This document shows, piece after piece, positions 1 to 9,789 of a stretch of DNA of 64,000 nt (position 1 is the first letter of the stretch; the number at the start of each line of letters is the position of its first letter). The position numbers and the translations under genes were made by a program. The notes under the pieces are model-generated. The model did not search any database. It was not told where the DNA came from and saw only the letters and a program-made list of their open reading frames with translations. Source of the stretch: Caldisericota bacterium (GTDB taxonomy: Bacteria > Caldisericota > Caldisericia > UBA6126 > JAGPKI01); the NCBI GenBank assembly GCA_052034135.1, contig JBPOJC010000013.1:62538-126537 (forward strand), in the 5' to 3' direction.

Positions 1-2
1 TT

Positions 3-554
3 CATCTTTCTGCGCAAAATCTTTTTTATGAAAAAGATGGTCCATATACAGGTGAAGTATCAGGAGAAGTACTTAAAGACTCTGGTTGTAAATATGTTTT
101 AATAGGTCACTCAGAGAGGAGAAAGCTCTTTTCCGAAACCCCTGAAATCGTTTATAAGAAATTTATTGCTGCAAAAAAATTTGATTTAATTCCTGTAATT
201 TGCTTCGGAGAGGAATTAATTGATAGAAAAAACGGAAGGACAATTTCCGTGATTGAAAATCAACTAAAAGAATATTTCGATTTCAAAAACTTAATTCTTG
301 CCTATGAACCTGTTTGGTCAATTGGTACTGGTATTATCCCTAAAAATCACGAGATAGAAGAAGTTGGAGAATTTATTAGAGGAAGATTTACTAACGATGT
401 CACATTAATGTATGGTGGCAGTGTAGACAAATCAAACATTAACGAACTTTTGAATGTAAAGAACATAGATGGATTTTTAGTGGGGAGGGCTTCTCTTGAC
501 CCATTAAATTTTTTCGAAATTGTTAAAGCATCAGTAGAAAATAATGCAAAATAA
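3..554 (+). CDS. tpiA: Triosephosphate isomerase, 5'-truncated at the window edge (C-terminal ~184 aa).
   Basis: The frame is open from base 3. The translation contains IGHSERR, AYEPVWSIGTG and YGGSV, which are classic TIM motifs. The given ORF (249..554) is the same frame. Confidence 0.85.
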   Translation, partial: HLSAQNLFYEKDGPYTGEVSGEVLKDSGCKYVLIGHSERRKLFSETPEIVYKKFIAAKKFDLIPVICFGEELIDRKNGRTISVIENQLKEYFDFKNLILAYEPVWSIGTGIIPKNHEIEEVGEFIRGRFTNDVTLMYGGSVDKSNINELLNVKNIDGFLVGRASLDPLNFFEIVKASVENNAK

Positions 555-1251
555 AGGCACTTTATATATTTGCCCAACTCCAATTGGGAACTTAAAAGAT
601 ATTACTCTACGTACGCTTGAAGTTCTCAAAGAAGTTAGCTACATTGCTTGTGAAGATAAAAGAAGAGCTCTGAAACTTTTAAACACTTATGATATAAAAA
701 AACCTTTAATTTTATATAACGAACATACAAAAGATAAGGAAAACAAGACAATAAAATCTTTTTTATTGTCGGGAGAAGATATTGCTTTAACCTGTGATGC
801 TGGTATGCCTGGTATTGCAGATTCAGGTTATGAATTAATAAAATTATGTATAGATTCAGGGGTTAAAGTAGTGACTTTACCAGGTCCTTCTGCAATTATA
901 ACTGCTCTTGTCGGATCAGGGATAAAGGCACAAAATTTTATATTTGTTAACTTTTTACCAAGAAAAAAAGGTCAAATTTTGAAACTTCTTACAAATCTTA
1001 AAAGTTTAGGTTTTACAGTTTGTGCTTTTGAATCACCATATAGGCTTTTAAAAACTCTTGAAATTATGTATAATTTTGATTCAAACTTATATGTTAGCGT
1101 TTGCAGAGAAGTTTCAAAGATACATGAAGAGTTTGTAAGAGGAAATATAGATTCCGTATATACATACTTTAAAGAAAAAAAAGAGATAAAAGGAGAAATA
1201 ACAATAGTTTTTAAGTTTATGGAGGCAGATGAAAATGAAAAAAGGTTATAA
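544..1251 (+). CDS. rsmI: 16S rRNA (cytidine1402-2'-O)-methyltransferase, tetrapyrrole-methylase fold.
   Basis: N-terminal GTLYICPTPIGNLKDIT(L)R and later YNEH are typical RsmI motifs. It overlaps the tpiA stop and the metG start. Confidence 0.8.
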   Translation: MQNKGTLYICPTPIGNLKDITLRTLEVLKEVSYIACEDKRRALKLLNTYDIKKPLILYNEHTKDKENKTIKSFLLSGEDIALTCDAGMPGIADSGYELIKLCIDSGVKVVTLPGPSAIITALVGSGIKAQNFIFVNFLPRKKGQILKLLTNLKSLGFTVCAFESPYRLLKTLEIMYNFDSNLYVSVCREVSKIHEEFVRGNIDSVYTYFKEKKEIKGEITIVFKFMEADENEKRL

Positions 1252-3136
1252 GGAGAAATTTTACGTTACAACACCAATTTATTATATAAGCGGTGAACCT
1301 CATCTTGGACACCTTTACACAACTGTAGCAGCTGATATAGTTTCAAGATTTAAGAAAAATTCAAACTATGATGTATTATTTTCAACTGGTAGCGATGAAA
1401 ACTCTCAAAAAATTATCAAAGCAAGCGCTAAGCTTAATCTTGATCCAAAAGAATATGTAGATAGAGAATCATTGAAATGGAAAACTTTTTTTGAGAATTT
1501 TAATATCAAGTTTGATAGATTTATAAGAACCACTGACCCAGATCATATAGAAGTAGTTCAATATGCACTTAAGAAGCTTTACGACAAAGGTTATATTTAC
1601 AAAGGTAAATATGAAGGTTGGTATTGCACTGAATGTGAGTCTTTTTTGCCAGAAACAGTCGAAAAAGAAAACATTTGTCCTGAATGTGGTAGAGAAATAA
1701 TATGGGTTTCTGAAGATAATTATTTCTTTAAATTAAGTTCATTTAGGAAGCCTTTAATTGAATTTTATGAGGCATATCCCCATGCTATAGAGCCAATTTC
1801 TCGCTACAACGAAATTATGAGCATGTTAGATGCTGAGTTAAAAGATATATCTATTTCGAGGAGTTCTATTCAATGGGGAATTAAATTACCTTTCTCTGAA
1901 GATCAGGTAACATATGTCTGGATCGATGCACTTCTAAGTTATTTAACTGTTCCAGGCTATATTCGAAACAAAGAAAAATTTGCAAAGTTTTGGCCTGCTG
2001 ATTTACAGCTTATGTCCAAAGACATCATAAGATTTCATTGTATAATCTGGCCTGCATTACTCTTAGCGTTAGACTTGCCACTTCCAACAAAAATATTTAT
2101 TCATGGTTGGTGGCTCACCTCCGGAGAGAAAATGTCTAAATCTAAAGGTAACATAATTGATCCAAATGATGTTGTAAGTAATCTTTCAAAAGAGGCTGGA
2201 ATAGACAATAAAACGGCTGTTGATGCATTAAGACTATTTATGTTCAGAGAAACAAATTTTGGAGAAGATGCAGTTTTTACTTACGAAAGATTTTATGCCA
2301 GATATAATTTTGATCTTGCAAATGATTTAGGTAATCTTGTGAATAGGGTTTATACTATGACAAGGAAATACTTCGACGGAGTCATACCAAAACCTGCTCT
2401 TTTTTCAGATGAATTTGGCAAAATACTTAATAGTAGCACAAAATATTATATAGACCTTATGAATAAATATGATTTTAAAGGTGCTCTTGACAGTATATGG
2501 ACACTAATAAGTTACTCAAATAAGCTCATTGAGAATACTAAACCTTGGGAATTATTTAAAAATAATGATTTAGAAAAATTAAGTAGTTTTTTGTATTCGC
2601 TTCTTGACGGTATAAGAATAATATCAATTATGCTTTCTCCATTTATGCCATCATTCTCAAGAGACGTTTTACAGTCCTTGGGTGTAAAAGAAAAAGGTAT
2701 AGATTCACTAATTTTTGGAAAGTTAAACGAAGGGTTAATAATCAGTGATATAGGCATACTCTTCCCAAGAGTGAAAATTTTTAAAGATGAAGAAATTAAG
2801 AAACGTGAAGAGCTTGTTAGTATGGATTATTTCAAGAAAATCGATTTGAGAGTAGGAAAAGTAATTGAAGCAAATAGAATTGAGAATAGCAAAAAGCTTA
2901 TTCTTTTGAAAATTGACATAGGAAACAATCAATCCAAACAAGTGGTAGCCGGAATTGGAAATGTTTATTCTCCTGAATCTTTAATTGGTAAAAACGTGGT
3001 TTTTGTAAATAATCTTGAACCTGTTAACTTAATGGGTTATACTTCCGAAGGCATGATTCTCGCAGCAGAAGATAATAATAAATTATCAATAATAATACCA
3101 GAAAAAGATATTGAGCCTGGATCCAAAATCAAATGA
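1229..3136 (+). CDS. metG: Methionyl-tRNA synthetase with a C-terminal EMAP/tRNA-binding domain.
   Basis: HLGH (the HIGH motif) and KMSKSKGN (the KMSKS motif) are present. There is a Zn-knuckle CPECG, and the C-terminal ~100 aa form a Trbp111-like domain. Confidence 0.9.
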   Translation: MKMKKGYKEKFYVTTPIYYISGEPHLGHLYTTVAADIVSRFKKNSNYDVLFSTGSDENSQKIIKASAKLNLDPKEYVDRESLKWKTFFENFNIKFDRFIRTTDPDHIEVVQYALKKLYDKGYIYKGKYEGWYCTECESFLPETVEKENICPECGREIIWVSEDNYFFKLSSFRKPLIEFYEAYPHAIEPISRYNEIMSMLDAELKDISISRSSIQWGIKLPFSEDQVTYVWIDALLSYLTVPGYIRNKEKFAKFWPADLQLMSKDIIRFHCIIWPALLLALDLPLPTKIFIHGWWLTSGEKMSKSKGNIIDPNDVVSNLSKEAGIDNKTAVDALRLFMFRETNFGEDAVFTYERFYARYNFDLANDLGNLVNRVYTMTRKYFDGVIPKPALFSDEFGKILNSSTKYYIDLMNKYDFKGALDSIWTLISYSNKLIENTKPWELFKNNDLEKLSSFLYSLLDGIRIISIMLSPFMPSFSRDVLQSLGVKEKGIDSLIFGKLNEGLIISDIGILFPRVKIFKDEEIKKREELVSMDYFKKIDLRVGKVIEANRIENSKKLILLKIDIGNNQSKQVVAGIGNVYSPESLIGKNVVFVNNLEPVNLMGYTSEGMILAAEDNNKLSIIIPEKDIEPGSKIK

Positions 3137-3923
3137 TATGCCTCTATTTATAGATTCTCATGCGCATTTAAACCTTATAAATGAGAAAGTTAATGACATT
3201 ATCTTAAAATGCAAAGAAGAGAGCGTTAACTACATTGTAAATGTTGGTTATGATTTACAGTCATCCGAATTTTCAATAAGTCTTGCTAATAATTATCCAT
3301 TTGTTTTTGGCTCAATAGGAATTCATCCTCATTATGTCGATTCTGTAAAAATAGATGAAATCGAAAATATAATTGAAAGAAATGCTAATAACAAAAAAAT
3401 TATTGCTTTAGGAGAAATCGGATTAGATTATGTAAGAAGCACAACACCAAAAAATAAACAATTTGAAGTTTTAGATTATCAATTGAGTTTGGCACAAACC
3501 AACAATTTACCAGTTATCATTCATAACAGATCAGCCGATAAGGATATTCTCCCAATTTTGTCTAATTATAAAAAATTAAGAGGCGTTTTTCATTGCTTTT
3601 CCTCTGATAAGGATTTTGCAGAAAAAGTTTTAGATAAAGGCTTCTATATTTCATTTACAGGGAACATTACATACCCAAATAGTCAAAATTTGCGAGAAGT
3701 AGTGAGTTGCATGCCATTAAATTCAATTTTACTTGAAACTGATGCACCCTATCTTTCACCGCAAATTTTAAGAGACAAAGAAAATCATCCAATGAATGTA
3801 AAATACATATATGAAGCAGTAGCAACTATTAAAAATATTGATATGGAGGAATTATCTCAAACAATTTTTAATAACTTTATTAACTTATTTCTAAAAGGAA
3901 AGGAAGTTACTATTGATGGCTAA
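3111..3923 (+). CDS. tatD: TatD-family metal-dependent DNase/hydrolase.
   Basis: It has FIDSHAHLN at the N-terminus, GEIGLDY, and a C-terminal ETDAPY motif. It overlaps the metG end by 26 nt. Confidence 0.8.
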   Translation: MSLDPKSNDMPLFIDSHAHLNLINEKVNDIILKCKEESVNYIVNVGYDLQSSEFSISLANNYPFVFGSIGIHPHYVDSVKIDEIENIIERNANNKKIIALGEIGLDYVRSTTPKNKQFEVLDYQLSLAQTNNLPVIIHNRSADKDILPILSNYKKLRGVFHCFSSDKDFAEKVLDKGFYISFTGNITYPNSQNLREVVSCMPLNSILLETDAPYLSPQILRDKENHPMNVKYIYEAVATIKNIDMEELSQTIFNNFINLFLKGKEVTIDG

Positions 3924-4680
3924 AGCTTGTGAAATTGCATCTTTTTTAGATGATTTGCTTAAAACTTCTGAAATAGAAGATTATTCATATAATGGATTAC
4001 AGGTAGAGTCTAATTGCGATATTGAAAATATTTATGGTGGAGTAGATGCTACAATGGAATTTTTTAATAAAGCAAGTTTTCCTCGTAATGCACTTTTTAT
4101 AGTTCATCATGGAATTTTCTGGAAAAATAATGATCCAAGGATTATTAATGGTAATTACTCAAAAATAAATTTTCTTCTTAATAATAATTCGTCTCTTTAT
4201 GCTTCTCATCTTCCGCTTGATCTGCATAAAACATATGGCAACAACATTTCACTCCTTGAATTTTTAGGCGTAGATAAGGATTCCATTACTTCTTTTGGTT
4301 TGTATCATGGAATTTCTATTGGTTTTCGTGGCGAATTTAAAAATCCAATTGCAATTTATGATATTTCAAAAAAGCTTGAAATGATTGCTAAAGATAAGGT
4401 ATATGCATTTCCATTTGGGAAAAGAGAGATAAAGACAATAGGTGTAGTTTCAGGGGGAGGGTCATTCGCTGGATCCGAAGCACTCAAACTGGACCTTGAT
4501 TTATTTCTAACAGGCGAAACCGATCATACTCTTTATACTTTTGCAAGTGATGCAAAATTGAGCGTTATTTTCGCAACACATTATGCTACTGAAACATTTG
4601 GAGTAAGAAATATAGGCAATTTATTAAGTCAAAATTTTAACATAAACTTTACATTTATAGACTTAGAACCTATATTTTAA
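3913..4680 (+). CDS. Nif3-family dinuclear metal-centre protein (YqfO/GTP cyclohydrolase 1 type 2-like).
   Basis: NGLQVE, HHG and the C-terminal THY.TE metal-ligand pattern fit the NIF3 family. It overlaps tatD by 11 nt. Confidence 0.7.
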   Translation: MMAKACEIASFLDDLLKTSEIEDYSYNGLQVESNCDIENIYGGVDATMEFFNKASFPRNALFIVHHGIFWKNNDPRIINGNYSKINFLLNNNSSLYASHLPLDLHKTYGNNISLLEFLGVDKDSITSFGLYHGISIGFRGEFKNPIAIYDISKKLEMIAKDKVYAFPFGKREIKTIGVVSGGGSFAGSEALKLDLDLFLTGETDHTLYTFASDAKLSVIFATHYATETFGVRNIGNLLSQNFNINFTFIDLEPIF

Positions 4681-4722
4681 TTGAGAGTTTAATAGAAATC
4701 TCTAAAAAGGGAGGCTCCTTAA

Positions 4723-6192
4723 ATGCTTAAAAGGGTAGGAAGTGTATTATTACTCATCTTTATCTTATGCTTCTCTATACAAGATATATTATCAATTGAT
4801 GTAGTATGCTATAAATATGACCTTAGTTTATCTGGATCGACTCCTGATATTATTCCTCCTCCAATTCAAACTATATGGAGGGAAACAGTTGGTGAAACAA
4901 AATCATATCCCATCATAATAGGAGATAAACTTTATATTGGGACAACATGGGCTTTAGTATGCTATAATGCAAAATGGGGAACAAAAATTTGGCAGTACAT
5001 TTCAAAAGATTTTTTGCATTCTTCACCTGCATATTATGCAGGTTATGTATATTGTGGACACCAAAACAATTTATACTGCATTAATGCAAAGACTGGCGTA
5101 CTAAAATGGAAGTTCGATACAGGAAATAATTCGGTTAATTCGTCCCCAATAGTTTTTTCAAATTCAGTAATATTTGCTGCTAATAATAGATTGTATGCTT
5201 TGAATTACGAAACTGGAAAAACATTATGGTCAATAGGATTTGCCGCAAATATAGAACTTCCTGTAGCAATCGTTTCTGACAAATTTTTTGTAATTTCAGG
5301 CGATAAAGTTTATGGTTTTAACTTTAAAACTCATACCAAAATCTGGGAATATCAATTTCCAGAAAAAATTACCCAGAGCTTATCTTCATCGAGTGAGAAT
5401 GTATATGTTTCATGTGGAAAAGAATTATATGCTATCGATTCAAGAACAGGAAAGTTAAATTGGAGACAATTCTTTACTGGAAAAGCTATGAACTCCCCAA
5501 CATATTTTGGAAATGATGTTTTTGCTTCCTTTGATCAATATTTGTATTGTCTTGATAATAAAAGCGGAAAAATTAAATGGCAATTTGAAGCAGGATATTA
5601 TATTGAATCAATACCATCTGTATCAGAAAAGTATGTTTGGATTGGTGCAGATGATTTTAATATTTACTGCGTTGATAGACTAAATGGTAAAAAGCTATTC
5701 GAATCTATTACGGGAAGTACGTCATATTATATAGTAATTGGAAACAACCAAATATTTTCACTATCAGTATACGGAGAGTTATTTGCCTTTATGCCTAAAC
5801 CTTCAACAGATCAAACTTACGTTAAATTTGAATTGTGGATAGGGAAAAAATACGCTCGTAAAAATGGTAAATTTTTAAATATTGATGCTCCACCATTTAT
5901 CGAAAATGGACGTACTTTAGTACCCATAAGAGTTATAGGAGAAGCTCTTGGAGCAACAGTAAACTGGTTCGCAGAAGATAAAAAGGTTACATATGCTCTC
6001 GGCACTAAATTTATTGAGCTTTGGATTGGGAACCCTATTGCTTACGTTTCTGGAAAGAAAGTCAAACTTGATACTCCGCCAAAAATAGTAAACAATAGAG
6101 CGTTTGTTCCATTGAGGTTTGTTTCAGAAAATTTATCTGCAAGAGTAAGTTGGGAACCTAACGAGAAGAGAATTACAATTGAGTATCCATAG
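4723..6192 (+). CDS. Secreted PQQ-like beta-propeller repeat protein with two C-terminal copper-amine-oxidase N-terminal-type (stalk) domains.
   Basis: There is a signal peptide. The body repeats W/Y..G-containing PQQ-like blades, and the C-terminus has two ~50-aa repeats (GRTLVPIRVIGEALGA...; NRAFVPLRFVSENLSA...). There is an RBS GGGAGG 7 nt upstream. Confidence 0.65.
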   Translation: MLKRVGSVLLLIFILCFSIQDILSIDVVCYKYDLSLSGSTPDIIPPPIQTIWRETVGETKSYPIIIGDKLYIGTTWALVCYNAKWGTKIWQYISKDFLHSSPAYYAGYVYCGHQNNLYCINAKTGVLKWKFDTGNNSVNSSPIVFSNSVIFAANNRLYALNYETGKTLWSIGFAANIELPVAIVSDKFFVISGDKVYGFNFKTHTKIWEYQFPEKITQSLSSSSENVYVSCGKELYAIDSRTGKLNWRQFFTGKAMNSPTYFGNDVFASFDQYLYCLDNKSGKIKWQFEAGYYIESIPSVSEKYVWIGADDFNIYCVDRLNGKKLFESITGSTSYYIVIGNNQIFSLSVYGELFAFMPKPSTDQTYVKFELWIGKKYARKNGKFLNIDAPPFIENGRTLVPIRVIGEALGATVNWFAEDKKVTYALGTKFIELWIGNPIAYVSGKKVKLDTPPKIVNNRAFVPLRFVSENLSARVSWEPNEKRITIEYP

Positions 6193-6295
6193 TATTCTTA
6201 TATATATTGCATCCTTAGTTTCTTATATAATTTAGTTTAACAGTTTTTACATTTCCTAATATTTTTTACAGTTTTTTATAGCTTATAAAAATTTT

Positions 6296-6394
6296 CTATT
6301 TACCGCGAGTTCCTTTTTTTGTAGAAGATCCACCTTTTGCGCCTTTACCTTTTCCCTGTCCACTAGAGCTTTTGCTTTTTCCTTTACCTTTCAT
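6296..6394 (-). CDS. Possible 32-aa Lys/Gly/Ser-rich small protein (MKGKGKSKSSSGQGKGKGAKGGSSTKKGTRGK).
   Basis: It is not in the ORF track (under 60 aa). A strong RBS GGAAGGTGA sits 7 nt upstream of ATG in an otherwise empty 275-bp intergenic region. Composition bias makes it uncertain. Confidence 0.3.
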   Translation of the reverse strand: MKGKGKSKSSSGQGKGKGAKGGSSTKKGTRGK

Positions 6395-6467
6395 TTATTT
6401 ATCACCTTCCTTTAGAAAAATAAAATTTTCTGATTGATTATAATCAAATTTTTAAAAAAAGTAATAA

Positions 6468-7043
6468 TTAAACAATATAAACATAATCACCTGTTTTGAG
6501 AAATGCAGCATTTGCTTCATCGGTATCAATATGAAAATCTAAAACAAAATCTTCTCTAATTCTTATAATTACGTTATGAAAAGTTATCTCTCTTATTCCT
6601 TCTCCTTTAACTGAGACAATTTGGTTATTTTGAACATTAAATCTTTTAGCATCATCTGGTGACATATGAATATGTCTTGCAGCTATTATTACGCCATTTT
6701 CTATGCTTATAATTCCATTTGGTCCAACCACTACTATACCTGGAGTCTGATCAATATTTCCTGATTCTCTTATGGGGGCTTTGATTCCAAGTTTAAAGCA
6801 ATCAGTTAAAGAAAGTTCAACTTGAGTCTCTTTTCTTACAGGACCGAGAATTCTTACATTTTCTATGGAACTCTTGCATGTAACAAGTGTCACAAATTCG
6901 TTGGCTGCAAATTGACCTTTTTGGGTGAGATCTTTATATTTTGTTAAATTATAACCTTTCCCAAATAATATTTCTAAATGCTCATTCGTGACATGAATAT
7001 GTCGATTGGAAACCCCAACAGGGATTTGTAGTTTATCATTCAT
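6468..7043 (-). CDS. pduL: PduL-type phosphate acyl(propanoyl/acetyl)transferase.
   Basis: It has two PduL repeats, each with a G..RH(I)H motif (SNRHIHV, ARHIHM). Confidence 0.75.
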   Translation of the reverse strand: MNDKLQIPVGVSNRHIHVTNEHLEILFGKGYNLTKYKDLTQKGQFAANEFVTLVTCKSSIENVRILGPVRKETQVELSLTDCFKLGIKAPIRESGNIDQTPGIVVVGPNGIISIENGVIIAARHIHMSPDDAKRFNVQNNQIVSVKGEGIREITFHNVIIRIREDFVLDFHIDTDEANAAFLKTGDYVYIV

Positions 7044-7060
7044 TTCATGAACTCCTTAAT

Positions 7061-8548
7061 TTAAATATTTAAAGCAAAGTAGATTATCATAATAATTAAC
7101 GATACACACATAAACCAGTTTAGTTCAGACTTTTTACCGCTCAGCAGTCTAAAAATGTTTATTATTGTATAAGTTCCAAAACCCAAAAGAAGTCCTAAAG
7201 CTGGATTCATACACATAAAACCCACAATAACCATAATAATTGCTGGAATAAATTCATAAATAGCATCGATATTTATTTTTTCAGATGCATACTTTAAAAT
7301 TAATCCGCCTGATCCGATCAAAATAACCGAGATCGCAGCGGGTGATACAAAGAAATTAGTGTATGGAAAAAGTAGCGAAAAAAGTAGCATTAAAAGACCA
7401 CAAAATACAGCCGTTAATCCAGTTTTACCTTCATTTATAATTGGTATGGCAGATTCAGAAGAATATGTATAGTATGTTGTATTAGTTAATGTACCAATTA
7501 AAGCTGATAAACCATTAACTCTACTAAGTTTTGAGAATTTATCACTACTCTCAATATCTCCTTCATCTTTTCCATATTCTAAAAGAGAACTTGTGAAAAA
7601 TAAGTTTGAAAAGAACAAAATTATGAAGAAAGAAAAACTCAGCTTAAGAAGAGCAGTAGAAGAAAGCCTTATTATTTCCCAAAATTTGCCGAAGGCTTGT
7701 AGGTTTAGGAATGTTTTAAATGATGTAAGCTTAGAAAAAATTATTTCAAAGCCCTCAGGACGTAAAATATTTTCTATAGGAGAAAATCTTACGAAATTAG
7801 ATATTGCCCCTTTGGAAAGTCCAGATGACCAATTTATAGGAATGATAAAGCCCAATACAGCCATAATGATAAAGGTAATAATAAAAGAGTATTTATTTTT
7901 ACTCATATAAAGAACAACAAAGAGACAAATGCCAATAATTGTTAGCAGGGGTACAGGAGATAAGATATTTCCAAGACTTAATGGAAACGTAAAACTTATA
8001 GATGGAGCAACTCCCCCTAATGTAGTTGCTGGTGTAGGCACCTCAGTTTTAGTGATTAATCCTGAATTTATAAGACCAAAAAAGATAAGAAGTAATCCAA
8101 GAATTAAAGCAAAAAAGTTGCTTAATGACTTAGGTATTAGTTCAAGAAAACGATTTTTTTTAAAGAATATTGTGACAATTACGAATAAAAGCGAACCAAT
8201 AAATGCAGATACAAGGACGTATTCAAGCTGATGGCCCAGATATATATGACCAGTAACAGCAATCATTATTGAAAAAATTATATTTGGTACAATAGCAAAT
8301 GGTAGATTGGTTAGGAAGCCACTTAAAATAGTTAAAAGCCCTGAAGTTATTCCAATAATAATTATTAATGCAGGGTATACAAGGTTTAGCTCCCCAGGGG
8401 TGAATGAATCTTTAAGTATATCGGCAGTAAATTTTATTAATATGTATGAAGAAAGAAAAAGTATAAGACCTGCATATAACTCATTTTTGATTGAGCTACC
8501 TCGATCTTTTAACCTAAAAAAATTAGTAATAAATGCTGGTTTAACCAT
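7061..8548 (-). CDS. NCS2-family AzgA-like purine (adenine/guanine/hypoxanthine) permease.
   Basis: It is a ~12-TM protein. The N-terminal RLKDRGSSIKNELYAGLILFLSSYILI matches the AzgA box KLREHGTT.RTE.IAG.TTFLTM.YI, and the C-terminal GKTGLTAV..G.L.LL also matches. Confidence 0.65.
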   Translation of the reverse strand: MVKPAFITNFFRLKDRGSSIKNELYAGLILFLSSYILIKFTADILKDSFTPGELNLVYPALIIIIGITSGLLTILSGFLTNLPFAIVPNIIFSIMIAVTGHIYLGHQLEYVLVSAFIGSLLFVIVTIFFKKNRFLELIPKSLSNFFALILGLLLIFFGLINSGLITKTEVPTPATTLGGVAPSISFTFPLSLGNILSPVPLLTIIGICLFVVLYMSKNKYSFIITFIIMAVLGFIIPINWSSGLSKGAISNFVRFSPIENILRPEGFEIIFSKLTSFKTFLNLQAFGKFWEIIRLSSTALLKLSFSFFIILFFSNLFFTSSLLEYGKDEGDIESSDKFSKLSRVNGLSALIGTLTNTTYYTYSSESAIPIINEGKTGLTAVFCGLLMLLFSLLFPYTNFFVSPAAISVILIGSGGLILKYASEKINIDAIYEFIPAIIMVIVGFMCMNPALGLLLGFGTYTIINIFRLLSGKKSELNWFMCVSLIIMIIYFALNI

Positions 8549-9068
8549 TATTTATACTTACCTCCTCTATATAATGTTTGGCAACTTCTAAATAGTGAGT
8601 AGCTGAATTATTTATCTGTTCTATTTCTTCTTTTGTGAGTTCTCTAACAACACGCGCAGGAACTCCCATAACTAAAGAATTTTCTGGAATAAATTTATTT
8701 TCAGTTACAACTGCTCCAGCTGCTATTAATGAATTCTTAGAAATATGAGCGCCATTCAAAATTATAGCCCCCATGCCAACTAAAACATTATCATCTATTT
8801 TGCATGCATGTAATATTGCATTGTGTCCGACGGTAACTCTATTTCCTACTATTGCTGGAATATCCTCCTCTACATGGATTGTAGCATTGTCTTGAATGTT
8901 TGTCTCCTCGCCAATTATTATAGGCGCAATATCAGCCCTAAGAACAGCATTGAACCATATACTTGAATTTAAAAATAGTTTAACATTTCCGATTATTCGG
9001 GCACTATCTGCTATGAATATGGCATTAAGGACATCTGGAACCATTCCTTTATATGGTATAAGCTTCAT
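8541..9068 (-). CDS. Gamma-class carbonic anhydrase / hexapeptide-repeat (YrdA/PaaY-like) protein.
   Basis: It has a left-handed beta-helix hexapeptide pattern. The His ligands (HVEEDI, HNAILH) are typical of the gamma-CA family. Confidence 0.75.
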   Translation of the reverse strand: MKLIPYKGMVPDVLNAIFIADSARIIGNVKLFLNSSIWFNAVLRADIAPIIIGEETNIQDNATIHVEEDIPAIVGNRVTVGHNAILHACKIDDNVLVGMGAIILNGAHISKNSLIAAGAVVTENKFIPENSLVMGVPARVVRELTKEEIEQINNSATHYLEVAKHYIEEVSINNG

Positions 9069-9289
9069 TTTTCATTCACCTTTTTCTTTCTACTAATTCT
9101 TTTGGTAATTATACCTTATTTAGATTGCTTTACTAAATAGCTTTGAAATTTTTTTGTAAATCATTTTTATTCATTTTTTATGTATTTATATCTCTTAGAT
9201 CATTATCGAAATCATTTATCAGGAATCAAGTATTCTTCGTTATTCTCGAGTTTTTATCTTATCGAGAGCCCTACTCCAATAATTCTTTA

Positions 9290-9630
9290 GGGAATCCAGA
9301 AAGCAATAAATAATATGGATCCCCGATAAAAGATTTCGGGAATTACAGATACTGAAATTCCTCAGGACGAGTATGGCAATACCACACTTTCGGGATGACA
9401 CCCACACCCGTCACCCTGAGGAGCGTATTTTACTTCGTAAGGGTCTCCGCTCACCACCACGTCACCCCGAGGAGCGTATCTGAAAGCGACGAAGGGTCTC
9501 CTCTTTTTATTCTTGCATACACAGTAAATGCAAATAAAACATAAACCAAAATCCCACAAATGGTAAAAGACAGATACTGAGATTCCTTAAGGACTTGTGC
9601 GAAAATACCGCACTTTCAGAATAACGAAGA
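9290..9630. repeat. Copy 1 of a mosaic dispersed intergenic repeat family (modules A and C, with an internal tandem sub-repeat).
   Basis: A 50-nt stretch gggaatccagaaagcaataaataatatggatccccgataaaagatttcggg is identical to 22303..22352. The downstream modules (cgtcaccctgaggagcgtat..., present twice in tandem) recur in reverse complement at 61088..61322 and 62870..63035. Confidence 0.8.
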
Positions 9631-9789
9631 AACCTAAGAATGCAACAAAAGCGAGGAATGGCAAAAAAACTATTTGCATATTATTTTTAAATGAGGCAAA
9701 TCGGACTCTTGCTATTGTAATGGTTTTAGTGATAATTATTTTAAAATCTTATTAGAAAAAGAAAGTTTTAATAGGGAGCTTTTATAAAG

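Noticed and set aside
4681-4722. A possible terminator hairpin (gagag...tctct) after the Nif3-like gene.
   Set aside because: The stem is only 4-5 bp with mismatches and there is no T-run. The downstream gene has its own RBS 7 nt before its start, so the region is more likely just an intergenic spacer.
7593-8591. Three plus-strand ORFs (105, 100 and 94 aa) inside the permease gene. Similar antisense ORFs lie inside metG, uvrA, hdrA, the fumA gene and other genes.
   Set aside because: They are antisense to strongly supported, family-matched genes, are low-complexity, and lack RBSs. They are typical spurious ORFs of an AT-rich genome.
9362-9559. 65-aa ORF (and the 61108..61359, 60919..61290, 62876..63127 ORFs) lying inside the dispersed repeats and sharing 'AFRYAPQGD'-like peptide segments.
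   Set aside because: The shared peptide similarity only mirrors the nucleotide repeat read on opposite strands. There is no RBS and the codon usage is atypical. One ORF overlaps the tRNA-Arg(TCT) gene. They are treated as non-coding repeat sequence.
9290-9630. Possibility that the repeats are a CRISPR array or a group II intron domain V remnant (the gagcgtat...gaaag...gaagggtctcc segment).
   Set aside because: There is no regular repeat-spacer periodicity and no cas genes. The domain-V-like stretch cannot form the required 14-bp hairpin with a GNRA loop.
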